Shown here: piece by piece, positions 10,519 to 19,189 of the stretch
Numbering within the stretch: the stretch's first letter is position 1
Layout: the number at the start of each line of letters is the position of its first letter
Assembly: GCA_963790205.1 (NCBI GenBank)
Contig: CAWBNQ010000005.1
Coordinates: forward strand, 320,001-384,000
DNA: 64,000 nt
Reading direction: 5' to 3'
DNA from: Nitrospirota bacterium
GTDB taxonomy: Bacteria; Nitrospirota; UBA9217
Translations under genes and position numbers: made by a program
Notes under the pieces: model-generated
The model's database searches: none
What the model was told of the DNA's origin: nothing
Seen by the model: the letters and a program-made list of their open reading frames with translations, nothing else

Positions 10519-10729
10519 GTTCTCTGCTCACCTCCCTGTCGATTTCTCCGCCTTTTTTTTCCGTGTTTCCATTGCCTGCGACACGGCAGACCGTGTGAAA
10601 CTTTTTCTTTGGATGATAGACAATGACTTCGGACCTGCCGCCTGACGCGCAGGTAATGCGCTGGCCTTCCTGACCGCATGCCGGGCAGGTTATCCTGGCG
10701 CCTCGTCCGGATTCGGATTGATTCATCAT
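10490..10729 (-). CDS. Small hypothetical protein with CPAC motif
   Basis: RBS AGGAGG upstream; CxxC plus later His/Cys residues. Confidence 0.55.
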   Translation of the reverse strand: MMNQSESGRGARITCPACGQEGQRITCASGGRSEVIVYHPKKKFHTVCRVAGNGNTEKKGGEIDREVSREHEADIIEAR

Positions 10730-10811
10730 GGCCTCCTGGTTGGCCTTACTCTTCCTTCCGGGAGGGAGTCCGGAAGGAAGAGAAGGTTGATATGCTCGAA
10801 GCCCGGCTTCG

Positions 10812-11012
10812 TTACGCGGCCGCGGCGGCTTTCTCTTTCCTTTCCTTCGCGATCAGCCAGCCATCCCAATTGCCGGCCGGGACGACGTTCAGCTTGATTG
10901 ACCGCTTGCCGTCGTTCTCGATCAGGACACCGACGTTTTCCCACTGCGCCTTGCTGTCCTTCTTGTCCTCCGACTTCTCTTCCCTCTTCCAAAGCAGATC
11001 GTAAATCTTCAT
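10812..11012 (-). CDS. Small beta-rich protein, possible ssDNA-binding protein
   Basis: Strong RBS AGGAGGA; W-x-x-VG...GKRSIKLNVVP..WDGWL resembles small mobile-element SSB/DUF736-like proteins. Confidence 0.6.
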   Translation of the reverse strand: MKIYDLLWKREEKSEDKKDSKAQWENVGVLIENDGKRSIKLNVVPAGNWDGWLIAKERKEKAAAAA

Positions 11013-11246
11013 GGTGTTCCTCCTTTGCGGTTTGAAATCCAAAGCAGAGCACCCCCTCCCTCCGGGGGCCTTCACATGCAGACAGGCCCCCGAGGGTAGG
11101 GATGAACACCCCGCGATAATACACATGGCTTTTGCGGGCCGATAAGAATCCTTTAAGCATGCGGCATGACAGAGCGAAGCGATGGCGTGACGGATGCGGG
11201 GATTCAGGCCGCAAAAGTTATCTGGTGCCGCTTTATGAACGGGGTC

Positions 11247-12320
11247 CTATCCTCCGCGAAATAATTCGATTGCCTTGCTCCTGATCGCGTATTTAAAATC
11301 CCTGATTGCCGGGGACATCGTGGCCTTTGCCTGATCGACCCACGTCTCCTTTTCCTGTTCGGGAAGAGCATCGAACTCTGCTGCCATGCGGTCATAGGCC
11401 TCTTCTTCGGCTTTTTTCTTTTGCGCCGCGCCGATTCGTTTCCGCTCTGCCGCTTCCTCTGCCTTTCGCCCGTTTTCGAGCCGGAGATGATACGGGACAT
11501 AATCAAGAGGCGGGGTAACGCCCTCGAAGAGCCCCTTGACCAGGACGGCCACGGGGTCTTTGACCGTCTTCCCGCTTCGCCTGAATGTCGCGATGAGCAT
11601 GTCGAGCGAATCGAAGAGGCGCCTGGCACCGTATTTTTTGGCGAACATCCGTAATTGCTGTTCGTTCAGCTTCTGGAAGGGTGTGCCGTTAATGAGTTTC
11701 GTGATCTCATCGACAACGACGACGGGACCAGCGGTTTCGGAGCTGTCGGCCGTCTCTGACTGCGCTAGCGTCCGCGGCGTGCTTCCCTCGGGTCCTGACC
11801 CGGGCTTTTGGGGGGTGAAGTGGGTTGTTGTATTATTTTTTATTAGTTTTATATTTTCTTTGGGGTGACACTGTGACACCCCGGGGGGTGACATATTGTC
11901 ACCAGGGGGGGTGTCGCCATGACACCGGGGGGCGGGTGTCACCGTGGCACCCGCCCCCTCTATCCCGGTCCCGGAAGAATGGCGAAGTAAAATATACCGG
12001 TTCGTGGCGTCCCCGCCGTCGGGCCGGGACCTGCGCTCGACGCGCAGCAGGCCTTTTTTTGACAGGACCTCGATAGACCGCTGCGCCGTTCGTATGGATA
12101 CGCCGGCGCGCCTTGACAGGCTGTGGACGCTGGGCCGTATCTCCCGGCAGCCCGCGTACGATTTGAGGGCGATCCAGACGAGCTTTTCCGTTCCGGACAG
12201 GTCCGAGCGGTCAAGCATCCAGTTCCAGACGGCGGTAAACGGGTCCCCGCTCTGGTCTCGAATCTCGATTTCGTGATTGAAGCTATTTTGAGGTGGGTTC
12301 ATCGGTTTTCCGTGCACCAC
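11247..12320 (-). CDS. Phage/ICE-type replication initiator (HTH_36 winged helix)
   Basis: LSGTEKLVWIALKSYA...PSVHSLSRRAGVSIRTAQRSIEVLSKKGLL...TNRYIL; repeat-encoded middle region. Confidence 0.8.
   Translation of the reverse strand: MVHGKPMNPPQNSFNHEIEIRDQSGDPFTAVWNWMLDRSDLSGTEKLVWIALKSYAGCREIRPSVHSLSRRAGVSIRTAQRSIEVLSKKGLLRVERRSRPDGGDATNRYILLRHSSGTGIEGAGATVTPAPRCHGDTPPGDNMSPPGVSQCHPKENIKLIKNNTTTHFTPQKPGSGPEGSTPRTLAQSETADSSETAGPVVVVDEITKLINGTPFQKLNEQQLRMFAKKYGARRLFDSLDMLIATFRRSGKTVKDPVAVLVKGLFEGVTPPLDYVPYHLRLENGRKAEEAAERKRIGAAQKKKAEEEAYDRMAAEFDALPEQEKETWVDQAKATMSPAIRDFKYAIRSKAIELFRGG
11831..11956. repeat. Iteron cluster and AT-rich tract inside rep (candidate oriV)
   Basis: Repeated GTGACA/TGTCAC-like units at 11862-11956 beside a T-rich tract at 11831-11861. 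Confidence 0.7.
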
Positions 12321-12419
12321 TGGCTCTTTCCGTCCGGGGGCCGAAAGGCACCCGTGGACTCACTGATCCGCAAACGTTCCCGCAGGCGCACCCCATCGGC
12401 CATTCTCTCATGTATTCTT

Positions 12420-12443
12420 TATATAGTATACTGTATACTATAT
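12420..12443. promoter_or_regulatory. Repressor operator-like palindrome between divergent rep and XRE genes
   Basis: ATATAGTATAC-T-GTATACTATAT; 12420-12437 is 17/18 identical to 13865-13882. Confidence 0.7.
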
Positions 12444-12510
12444 TTTAAAGTCAAGCCTGAAATTGATTTAATGCTTTACATTGCCTTTCAAGTAGTATAT
12501 AGTACACTGT

Positions 12511-12939
12511 ATGAATAGAACGGAATTCGGCGGGTATCTTACGGCAAGAAGAAATAAAATGGGCTTTAGCCTCGTCAAAATGGCTGAAAAGACGGGTCTT
12601 TCTCCGTCGATGCTGAACCAGATGGAGCATGGGGCAATTATAAAACCCAGCTATGATACGCTTCTGAAGGTCTGCAAGGCGTATGATGTGGACGAGAATG
12701 AAACGCGGCGTGTTTTTTTCGAAGAAATCCCGGTATCGGCCTCCAAAGCGAGAAAAGTGGATATTTTGGGCGAGCCCGAAGAACTGATCAGTTTGCTCAA
12801 CAGTTTTTTGATGGAAATTGACAGCAATTTATCCCCCAAAAAGAAGAAAGACTTAATAAATAAGTTCATGAAGGAAAGGGTCGAGAGTAAAAAAACCGTG
12901 GCTGCGGACGCGGGCAAGCATTCGAAAAGGTCCGCGTAG
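12511..12939 (+). CDS. XRE-family HTH repressor
   Basis: FGGYLTARRNKMGFSLVKMAEKTGLSPSMLNQMEHG..KPSYDTLLKVC. Confidence 0.88.
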   Translation: MNRTEFGGYLTARRNKMGFSLVKMAEKTGLSPSMLNQMEHGAIIKPSYDTLLKVCKAYDVDENETRRVFFEEIPVSASKARKVDILGEPEELISLLNSFLMEIDSNLSPKKKKDLINKFMKERVESKKTVAADAGKHSKRSA

Positions 12940-12951
12940 TGAAGAACGTCC

Positions 12952-13416
12952 ATGAACGATACTGAAAATAGGTCGAACAAGATAATTTACTTATCTGAAG
13001 AAGCAATAAAGAGAGGCCGACGGTTGCCTTCGGAGGAAGAGAACGCAAGCGAACTTAAAGATGATTTGAAACAATATCTCCTTAACTATGTCGAGAGCAG
13101 TTCTGCCTCAGAGCCGCTGAACCCCGACAAAGCAAAATGTCCGGTATGCAATAACAATCCGGCTCGCGCCGCGATTACCTGCCCTGACTGCGGCTATCCC
13201 CTCCGCGAACATTTAAAAAAAGAACAGATCGAAGCCAACTGGAGAAAAAGTAAAAAGTGGCTGATCATTCTGGGGTGTTCTTCTTTTGTCGGCTATGTTT
13301 TGTCTGTGAAATTTAATTCATCGTTCATGGCGGTCTTTACGATAATTTTATTGGCTCTTCTATTGCCAATTGTAATAACAAATTTTGGAAGCATCGGTGG
13401 GAAGAAAAGCGCTTAA
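12952..13416 (+). CDS. Zinc-ribbon membrane protein
   Basis: CPVC...CPDCGYP followed by two hydrophobic segments. Confidence 0.7.
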   Translation: MNDTENRSNKIIYLSEEAIKRGRRLPSEEENASELKDDLKQYLLNYVESSSASEPLNPDKAKCPVCNNNPARAAITCPDCGYPLREHLKKEQIEANWRKSKKWLIILGCSSFVGYVLSVKFNSSFMAVFTIILLALLLPIVITNFGSIGGKKSA

Positions 13417-13551
13417 AGTAAGATGGCGTTAAAGGATATATAGTTACAGTCTTAATAGAGGGTGTTCACGCCAGCAGTTTATGATACCAGAGTTAGAAAA
13501 AATGGGGTAACGCTCTCCCGTTGACGGCATCTGGAATAAATGCCTTCATGC

Positions 13552-13797
13552 TCAGCCAGGCCGACTGCGGCTGAACAGCGGGTTGGCTTCTTTTACTTCG
13601 ACGATCTTCTGTTTGACCGGGGCGGGAAGGCTTCTGCCCTTTCCCCGGTAGTTTGTGGTAAGCCCTGCTTCACCGTCACGACGATAAGCTAGCTCTCACC
13701 GCCTTATGGTCTCACCGCTCAGCCCGCGTTCCTGCCGAGTCACCGAAACAGAAACGCTCTCCTCAAGGTGCTTCTTAACTACTTTAAACTTGAAATC
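13552..13797 (-). pseudogene. Degenerate transposase N-terminal HTH fragment (IS481/IS3-like)
   Basis: Manual translation DFKFKVVKKHLEE...ETIRR*ELAYRRDGEAGL...LPAPVKQKIVEVKEANP with a stop at the conserved Trp position (13696-13698). Confidence 0.65.
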
Positions 13798-13864
13798 GGA
13801 TCCCTACCGCTTGAATGGCCGTGTAAAGCAGTAAATCAATATTTAGCTTGACTTCAATATTCAG

Positions 13865-13882
13865 TATACAGTATACTGTATA
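13865..13882. promoter_or_regulatory. Perfect 18-bp palindrome TATACAGTATACTGTATA
   Basis: Lies downstream of a TTGACT -35-like hexamer and upstream of xis-int. Confidence 0.7.
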
Positions 13883-14152
13883 TAAATACTTCACGCAGCA
13901 TAATAGCATGAAACATATGGTGTGGTGTGCACCACACCATATCAAACAGGCGGGACTATGACTGCAATCGAAATTGACATGGACAAATCTACGGTGAAGT
14001 TCGCGAGTGGAGTTGGGGTCAGCGAGATCCCCTTTTAGCAGGATGGGAAATAAAGCCGCCCGGCTGGGTTGCGCTGATCGGCATTGTTATCTATTTTACG
14101 TTTTATCAGGAAATACCAACAAAAAACAGAACGAATAAAGGAAAAAGAAACC

Positions 14153-14467
14153 ATGACGTTTGTAACAGTAAAAGAGCTTTCTAGATTCCTTACAGTCAAA
14201 GAATCGACACTTTACTCATGGGTGCATACCGGCTTAATCCCTTTTCATAAGCTAAATGGGCTGATACGTTTCGACATGGTAGAAATCGAAAACTGGGTCA
14301 AGGCTTCACGCAAAGAACCGCAGAAACAGGAACTTTACATCGTGAAAAAACATCCTCAAGACATAGACTCCATCGTCAAAAGAGCTATTGAAGGCGCAAA
14401 GGGTAAAGAGTATAATCCATCCAACGGGAAACCAGGCCAAATGCAAGGTCTCAGGAAGGAGGTTTAA
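14153..14467 (+). CDS. Excisionase-like HTH_17 protein
   Basis: FVTVKELSRFLTVKESTLYSWVHTGLIPFHKLNGLIRFD; stop overlaps the integrase start. Confidence 0.85.
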   Translation: MTFVTVKELSRFLTVKESTLYSWVHTGLIPFHKLNGLIRFDMVEIENWVKASRKEPQKQELYIVKKHPQDIDSIVKRAIEGAKGKEYNPSNGKPGQMQGLRKEV

Positions 14468-15531
14468 TGGGACTGTTTAAGCGAGGCCAGGTCTGGTGGA
14501 TGAGATTTTCTTTCAATGGTAAGCAGGTAAGAAAGCCGACAGAGACGACCGACAAAAAGCTGGCTGAAAAGATTCACCACAAAGTAATGACTCAGATTGC
14601 AGAGGGCAAGTGGTTTGAAAATCCCATCGGCTCAGACAAGACCGTTCGGGAGCTGTTCGAAAAATATCTGGATGAGCACTCCGCAAAAAATAAAACGGTT
14701 GAAACGTATGAGCGGGACAAGGGCATTGTCAAGATCATCAATCGCCACTTCGGCGATATGCAACTCTCTGCGGTCGGGCCGAAAACCATTTCAGAGTACA
14801 AGGTTATGCGAAGGGACAAGGGCCGGGCTCCAAGTACGGTAAACCGTGAGTTATGCCTTCTCAGTCACGCTTTCAACCTTGCAATCAAAGAATGGGAATG
14901 GATGGATTTTAACCCTGTCTCACACGTCTCACGGGAACGGGTTAATAATCAAGTGGAACGCTGGCTCACTTTTGAAGAGCAAGAGAAAGTTTTAGCCGTC
15001 TCCCCTCTTTGGTTACGGGAAATTATCATCTTTGCCGTGAACACGGGCTGGCGACGATCTGAAATTCTGGCTCTCAAATGGGACAAGGTTGATCTGTTCA
15101 AAAAAACGCTTACCATCTTGGAACAGAAAAACAAGGGTAAGGACACACAGCCATTTAATGAACGCGTCTTGGACGTATTAAAGGCAAGGTACAAGGTTAG
15201 GTCGATTGCATCGAATCTTGTATTTTATGACAGCGAAGGAAAAGAGTTTGACGGCAGGCACGTCTTGAAGGTTTTCACTCGTACAGTCAAGCTGGCAGAG
15301 ATCGCGCATTGCAGGTTTCACGATCTGCGCCATACCTTCGCAACAAGGCTTGTTCAGGCCGGTGTCGATCTTTATAAGGTACAGAAGTTGATGCGTCACA
15401 AATCGCCTATCATGACGCAACGCTATGCGCACCATTATTCGGAGAGTTTACGGGATGGGGTTGATACCTTGGACAGGATTAGCACAAATTTAGCACAGTC
15501 CAATGTAAGTGAAGTGAAAAAAGCCTTGTAA
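14467..15531 (+). CDS. int: Tyrosine recombinase (phage-type integrase)
   Basis: Arm-binding N-terminus, TGWRRSEI, HDLRHT and TQRYAH catalytic motifs. Confidence 0.95.
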   Translation: MGLFKRGQVWWMRFSFNGKQVRKPTETTDKKLAEKIHHKVMTQIAEGKWFENPIGSDKTVRELFEKYLDEHSAKNKTVETYERDKGIVKIINRHFGDMQLSAVGPKTISEYKVMRRDKGRAPSTVNRELCLLSHAFNLAIKEWEWMDFNPVSHVSRERVNNQVERWLTFEEQEKVLAVSPLWLREIIIFAVNTGWRRSEILALKWDKVDLFKKTLTILEQKNKGKDTQPFNERVLDVLKARYKVRSIASNLVFYDSEGKEFDGRHVLKVFTRTVKLAEIAHCRFHDLRHTFATRLVQAGVDLYKVQKLMRHKSPIMTQRYAHHYSESLRDGVDTLDRISTNLAQSNVSEVKKAL

Positions 15532-15544
15532 CCTCTTGTAAAAT

Positions 15545-15620
15545 TGGTGGACGAGAAGGGGCTCGAACCCTCGACCCCCGCATTGCGAACGCGGTGCTCT
15601 CCCAGCTGAGCTACTCGCCC
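15545..15620 (-). tRNA. tRNA-Ala (anticodon CGC)
   Basis: GGGCGAGTAGCTCAGCTGGGAGAGCA-CCGCG-TT-CGC-AA-TGCGG-GGGTCGAGGGTTCGAGCCCCTTCTCGTCCACCA; 76 nt with encoded CCA. Confidence 0.97.
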
Positions 15621-15885
15621 ATTGACGTTAGGCGGCTATAATCTAATCTATCGGGTGAAATAAATCAAGCGAAAAATAGGATGCGCGCGTCAAGGGACGG
15701 ACGATCAACAAGAGCAATGTCATTCCCGCCTTACCCATAACCTCAGCCTCAACCTGATTTCTTCCCTCGGTCCCCGTTTCTCCGAAAGAAACATCCTGTT
15801 TGACCATCCGGGAATAGTATAGTAAGCTTAGCGGAGAAGTAAAACTCTTAAGGCGGATCGTACGATAATAAAAAACAAAAAGTTT

Positions 15886-16467
15886 TTGCGGATACTCGGA
15901 TACGCCGCGGCGGCCGCGCTGACCCTTCTCGTTTCATGCGCGGGAACTCAGCCGGACAGGGCGGCCGCGACCCGCCCGCAAAAAACCAAACCTACCCTCC
16001 GTATAGCGCAACTGGAAAAAGAGATCCACGTTCTTATCAACAAAGAGCGCAAGAAGCACAATCTGTCCGCGATGGCGTGGAACGATGCATTGTCGGCTAT
16101 CGCCAGAAAACACAGCAGCGACATGGCAAAGAGAAACTATTTCAGTCACTTTTCCCCGGAAGGACACGATTTTTCATACCGCTATAAACAAGAGGGATAC
16201 TCCTGCGCCGTTCCAGTCGGCGAGCGTATCTATCTGGGGGCGGAAAACATCTTCCAGAACAACCTCTATGACCGGATCGTCTTCATCGATGGCATGGCGC
16301 ATTATGAGTGGAACAGCATGGCGAAGATCGCGGACACGACGGTCCGGGGATGGATGAACAGCCCGGGGCATAGAAAGAACATCCTGACCCCCTATTGGAG
16401 GAGCGAAGGCATCGGCGTGGCAATTTCGCCGGATGACAAGGTTTACATAACACAGAATTTTTGTTAG
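15886..16467 (+). CDS. CAP/SCP-domain lipoprotein
   Basis: Lipobox LVSC; ARKHSSDMA..YFSH, ENI and WMNSPGHRKNIL motifs. Confidence 0.9.
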   Translation: MRILGYAAAAALTLLVSCAGTQPDRAAATRPQKTKPTLRIAQLEKEIHVLINKERKKHNLSAMAWNDALSAIARKHSSDMAKRNYFSHFSPEGHDFSYRYKQEGYSCAVPVGERIYLGAENIFQNNLYDRIVFIDGMAHYEWNSMAKIADTTVRGWMNSPGHRKNILTPYWRSEGIGVAISPDDKVYITQNFC

Positions 16468-16475
16468 AGAAAAAC

Positions 16476-16798
16476 CTTATTGCGAGGAGCGCTTTCCGCG
16501 GCGCGGCAATCTCGAACTTATCAATGGTCTCATAATAGTCTGTACCCTCTAGTTCGTCATTCCTGCGAAAGCAGGAATCCAGGGGATAACCAAAAAACCA
16601 CTGGATTCCGGGTCAAGCCCGGAATGACCGCTTTGGAGGATAGCTTAAAAACGATAGGGCGATGTTCGTTCTATTATGAGACCGTTAATATTTGTTCTGA
16701 TTAGCTACGGGATTGTGGAGTTTATTCCAAACTGCAAAAGCGAGATTGCTTCGCTGCGATCGCAAGGACGGCTAAAAGACTTTTTCAATACCTGTTAA
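16476..16798. repeat. Nested palindromic/MITE repeats
   Basis: Outer GCAATCTC/GAGATTGC pair, middle 16-bp IR AA(T/C)GGTCTCATAATAG (16523-16538, 16671-16686), inner REP-like doublet GTCATTCC...GGAATGAC (16556-16628). Confidence 0.75.
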
Positions 16799-16802
16799 CG
16801 CT

Positions 16803-17186
16803 TCACCCCTTCCACGCAATAAAATCCATTTCAAGCGCAACGTCCTTCGGAAGCCGGGAAACCTCGACCGTGGCGCGGGCCGGCGGGTCTGACGGGAAAT
16901 AACCTCCGTACACATCGTTCACTGCGGCAAAATCAGACATGCTCTTGAGATAGATCGTGGTCCTGACAACCGCTGACAAGGGACAACCCGCGGCCGCCAG
17001 GATGGCTTTTGCATTTTCGAGCACGAGCGCGGCCTGGGCCTTGATGTCCGCTGCGGCCACGGCCCCCGTCTTCGGGTCAAGAGGTATCTGACCGGACACG
17101 AAAACGAAGCCTCCAGCCTCGACAGCCTGTGAATAAGGCCCGATAACCTGGGGAGCATCTGAAGTTTTTATGATTTTTTTGCTCAT
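16803..17186 (-). CDS. ridA: RidA family enamine/imine deaminase
   Basis: GPYSQA, VSGQIP and PARATVEVSRLP motifs. Confidence 0.93.
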   Translation of the reverse strand: MSKKIIKTSDAPQVIGPYSQAVEAGGFVFVSGQIPLDPKTGAVAAADIKAQAALVLENAKAILAAAGCPLSAVVRTTIYLKSMSDFAAVNDVYGGYFPSDPPARATVEVSRLPKDVALEMDFIAWKG

Positions 17187-17276
17187 ACAAGCCTCTCGTT
17201 ATGGTTTAATTAAATGCCGTATAATGCTGTTATTGTTATGTTAAATAAACTTGAAGTAAACCTTGAGATTCATATC

Positions 17277-17497
17277 AACGGTCTCGTGATAGAATCGGCA
17301 TGCGCTCCGCTTCACGTAAAACCGTCATTCCTGCGAGGGCAGGAATCCAGTTCTTTCAGTAAACTCTGGATGCCGGATCAACGGCATGACGAAAAAGGAT
17401 AATAAACTACCCCGCCGCAAGCAGCGGGGTATTGAGAACCTTATAAAAACGTATTACGCCGCAAGCGGCGGGGAATTCAACCCGGAGTTACGATTAA
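17277..17497. repeat. Second MITE end, REP-like doublet and IS200/605-like hairpin MITE
   Basis: AACGGTCTCGTGATAG at 17277; GTCATTCCTGCGAGGGCAGGAATCCAG at 17324; CCCCGCCGCAAGCAGCGGGG and GCCGCAAGCGGC hairpins. Confidence 0.65.
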
Positions 17498-17498
17498 A

Positions 17499-19099
17499 CG
17501 GGCTGTTGCCCAAATGATATTGAGAAAGCCACTCAGTAATGCTATATTGCTGCGACGTCAATCACGACATCAGGAGCCAATAGCCATGATGGGATTGCAG
17601 CAACCGCCTCAAAGCAGCTTGTTCTATATCGGCATCAATATAGAAAAACGGGTTCGTGAGAACCATCCTTTGAGAAAAGTCAATACGCTGATCGATTTCA
17701 ACTTCGCCTATGACGAAGTCAAGGACTTGTACGGCAACAACGGCAACGTTTCAGTGCCACCACCAATTATCCTGAAACTGATGCTACTCCTGATCTTTTA
17801 TAATGTCCGCTCGGAGCGGGAGCTGATGGACACCCTGCCAGAGCGTATGGATTGGCTCTGGTTTCTCGGGTATGACCTTGATTCTGAAATTCCCAACCAT
17901 AGCGTGCTATCCAAGGCCCGCAAAAAATGGGGCCTCGATGTTTTTCAAAGGTTCTTCGAACGTATTGTTCTGCAGTGCGCGGAAGCCGGTCTTATTGACG
18001 GCCGCAAGATCTTCGTCGACTCCAGTCTGGTGGATGCAAATGCCTCCAACAGTTCGGTTCTCGATACCCGGAACCTGAAACATCAGTTGCACAAAAATTA
18101 TAAAAAGCTGGAAGCCCGCTTGGAAGAACGCACCGAAAGCACTGATCCTTCCAGGACCTACGAAAAAAAGAACAACCGCTATATCTCCACCACCGACCCG
18201 GACGCGGCCCTGGTGAACCGGGGGAAATCCAAACTTTCCTACCAAGTGCATCGGGCCGTTGACGGTAAAAAAGAAATCATCACTGCAACCGACGTAGCGC
18301 CCGGCGATGTGAACGAAGCCCATCTGATGCTTTCGCTGCTTGAGCAACACCACGCAACAACGGAAGTCGAGGCCGAAACGGTTGTTGCGGACAGTAAGTA
18401 CGGAACGATCGACAACTTCCTTGCCTGCCATGACAAGGGCATAAAGGCGCATATCCCGGATTTACGAGACGTGGCGATCAATCGCATAGCGAAAACCGAC
18501 ATCTTTATGGAAGATAGATTTTCCTATGATCCTGCCACCGACTCCTATATGTGCCCGGCAGGAACTCAGCTCAAGCCGAAGTCGCTGCATATAGCCAGAC
18601 AAAGCCGGGATTACGCAGCGCCCAGGAAAGTCTGCGCAGCGTGCCAGCTTAGAGAGCAATGCACGAAAAACAAGTCCGGCCGAACGATCAAGCGTCATCT
18701 CCGGCAGAATGTTCTGGAGCGCATGCGTGCAATCAGTCGATCAGCCAATGCACGGTACGACATCAAAACCAGACAACACCTGATGGAGCGATCCTTTGCC
18801 AGGGGCACCCGATACGGCTTCGATCAAGCACGCTGGCGAGGCCTTTGGCGAATGCGGGTCCAGGAATATATGACCTGTGCCATCCAGAACATGCAAGTGC
18901 TAATAGCGCATGCTTCCAAGCCGAAGAAAGCAGCTGCGGTACGGCTGCTCGTTGTTCAAAGAACAGTGGCAAAGGCTTTCGGATCGCTCATTTTGCATAT
19001 TCCCTCGAGACAGAACCGATATTGCCCGTCATTAGCTTAGACCTCTTTACGCATCAAGGCGCTTGATCGTTCGCGGGAAGTCCTTTGGGCAACAGCCCG
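17499..19099 (+). mobile_element. IS1182-family insertion sequence
   Basis: Perfect IR CGGGCTGTTGCCCAAA at both ends; flanking 4-bp repeat TAAA. Confidence 0.9.
17586..19040 (+). CDS. IS1182-family transposase
   Basis: HPLRK, SERELM, FVDSS..ANAS, TTDPDA, ADSKYG, CPAG and CAAC motifs. Confidence 0.92.
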   Translation: MMGLQQPPQSSLFYIGINIEKRVRENHPLRKVNTLIDFNFAYDEVKDLYGNNGNVSVPPPIILKLMLLLIFYNVRSERELMDTLPERMDWLWFLGYDLDSEIPNHSVLSKARKKWGLDVFQRFFERIVLQCAEAGLIDGRKIFVDSSLVDANASNSSVLDTRNLKHQLHKNYKKLEARLEERTESTDPSRTYEKKNNRYISTTDPDAALVNRGKSKLSYQVHRAVDGKKEIITATDVAPGDVNEAHLMLSLLEQHHATTEVEAETVVADSKYGTIDNFLACHDKGIKAHIPDLRDVAINRIAKTDIFMEDRFSYDPATDSYMCPAGTQLKPKSLHIARQSRDYAAPRKVCAACQLREQCTKNKSGRTIKRHLRQNVLERMRAISRSANARYDIKTRQHLMERSFARGTRYGFDQARWRGLWRMRVQEYMTCAIQNMQVLIAHASKPKKAAAVRLLVVQRTVAKAFGSLILHIPSRQNRYCPSLA

Positions 19100-19189
19100 T
19101 AAAATACAGACTCTAATTAATTCCGGGTCCCCGACAGGAGCATTCCGGGATGACGGTCGTGAAGCGACCGATATTCTGGCCGGGATTTG

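Larger units (their letters stand above)
1..15544. mobile_element. Integrative mobilizable element at tRNA-Ala(CGC); far boundary outside window
   Basis: Integrase abuts the tRNA 3' end; xis, repressor, rep, MOBF relaxase, T4CP and parM are clustered; no second tRNA 3' copy was seen in the window. Confidence 0.8.

Noticed and set aside
13440..13810. Structured ncRNA before xis
   Set aside because: Most of it translates as a decayed transposase fragment
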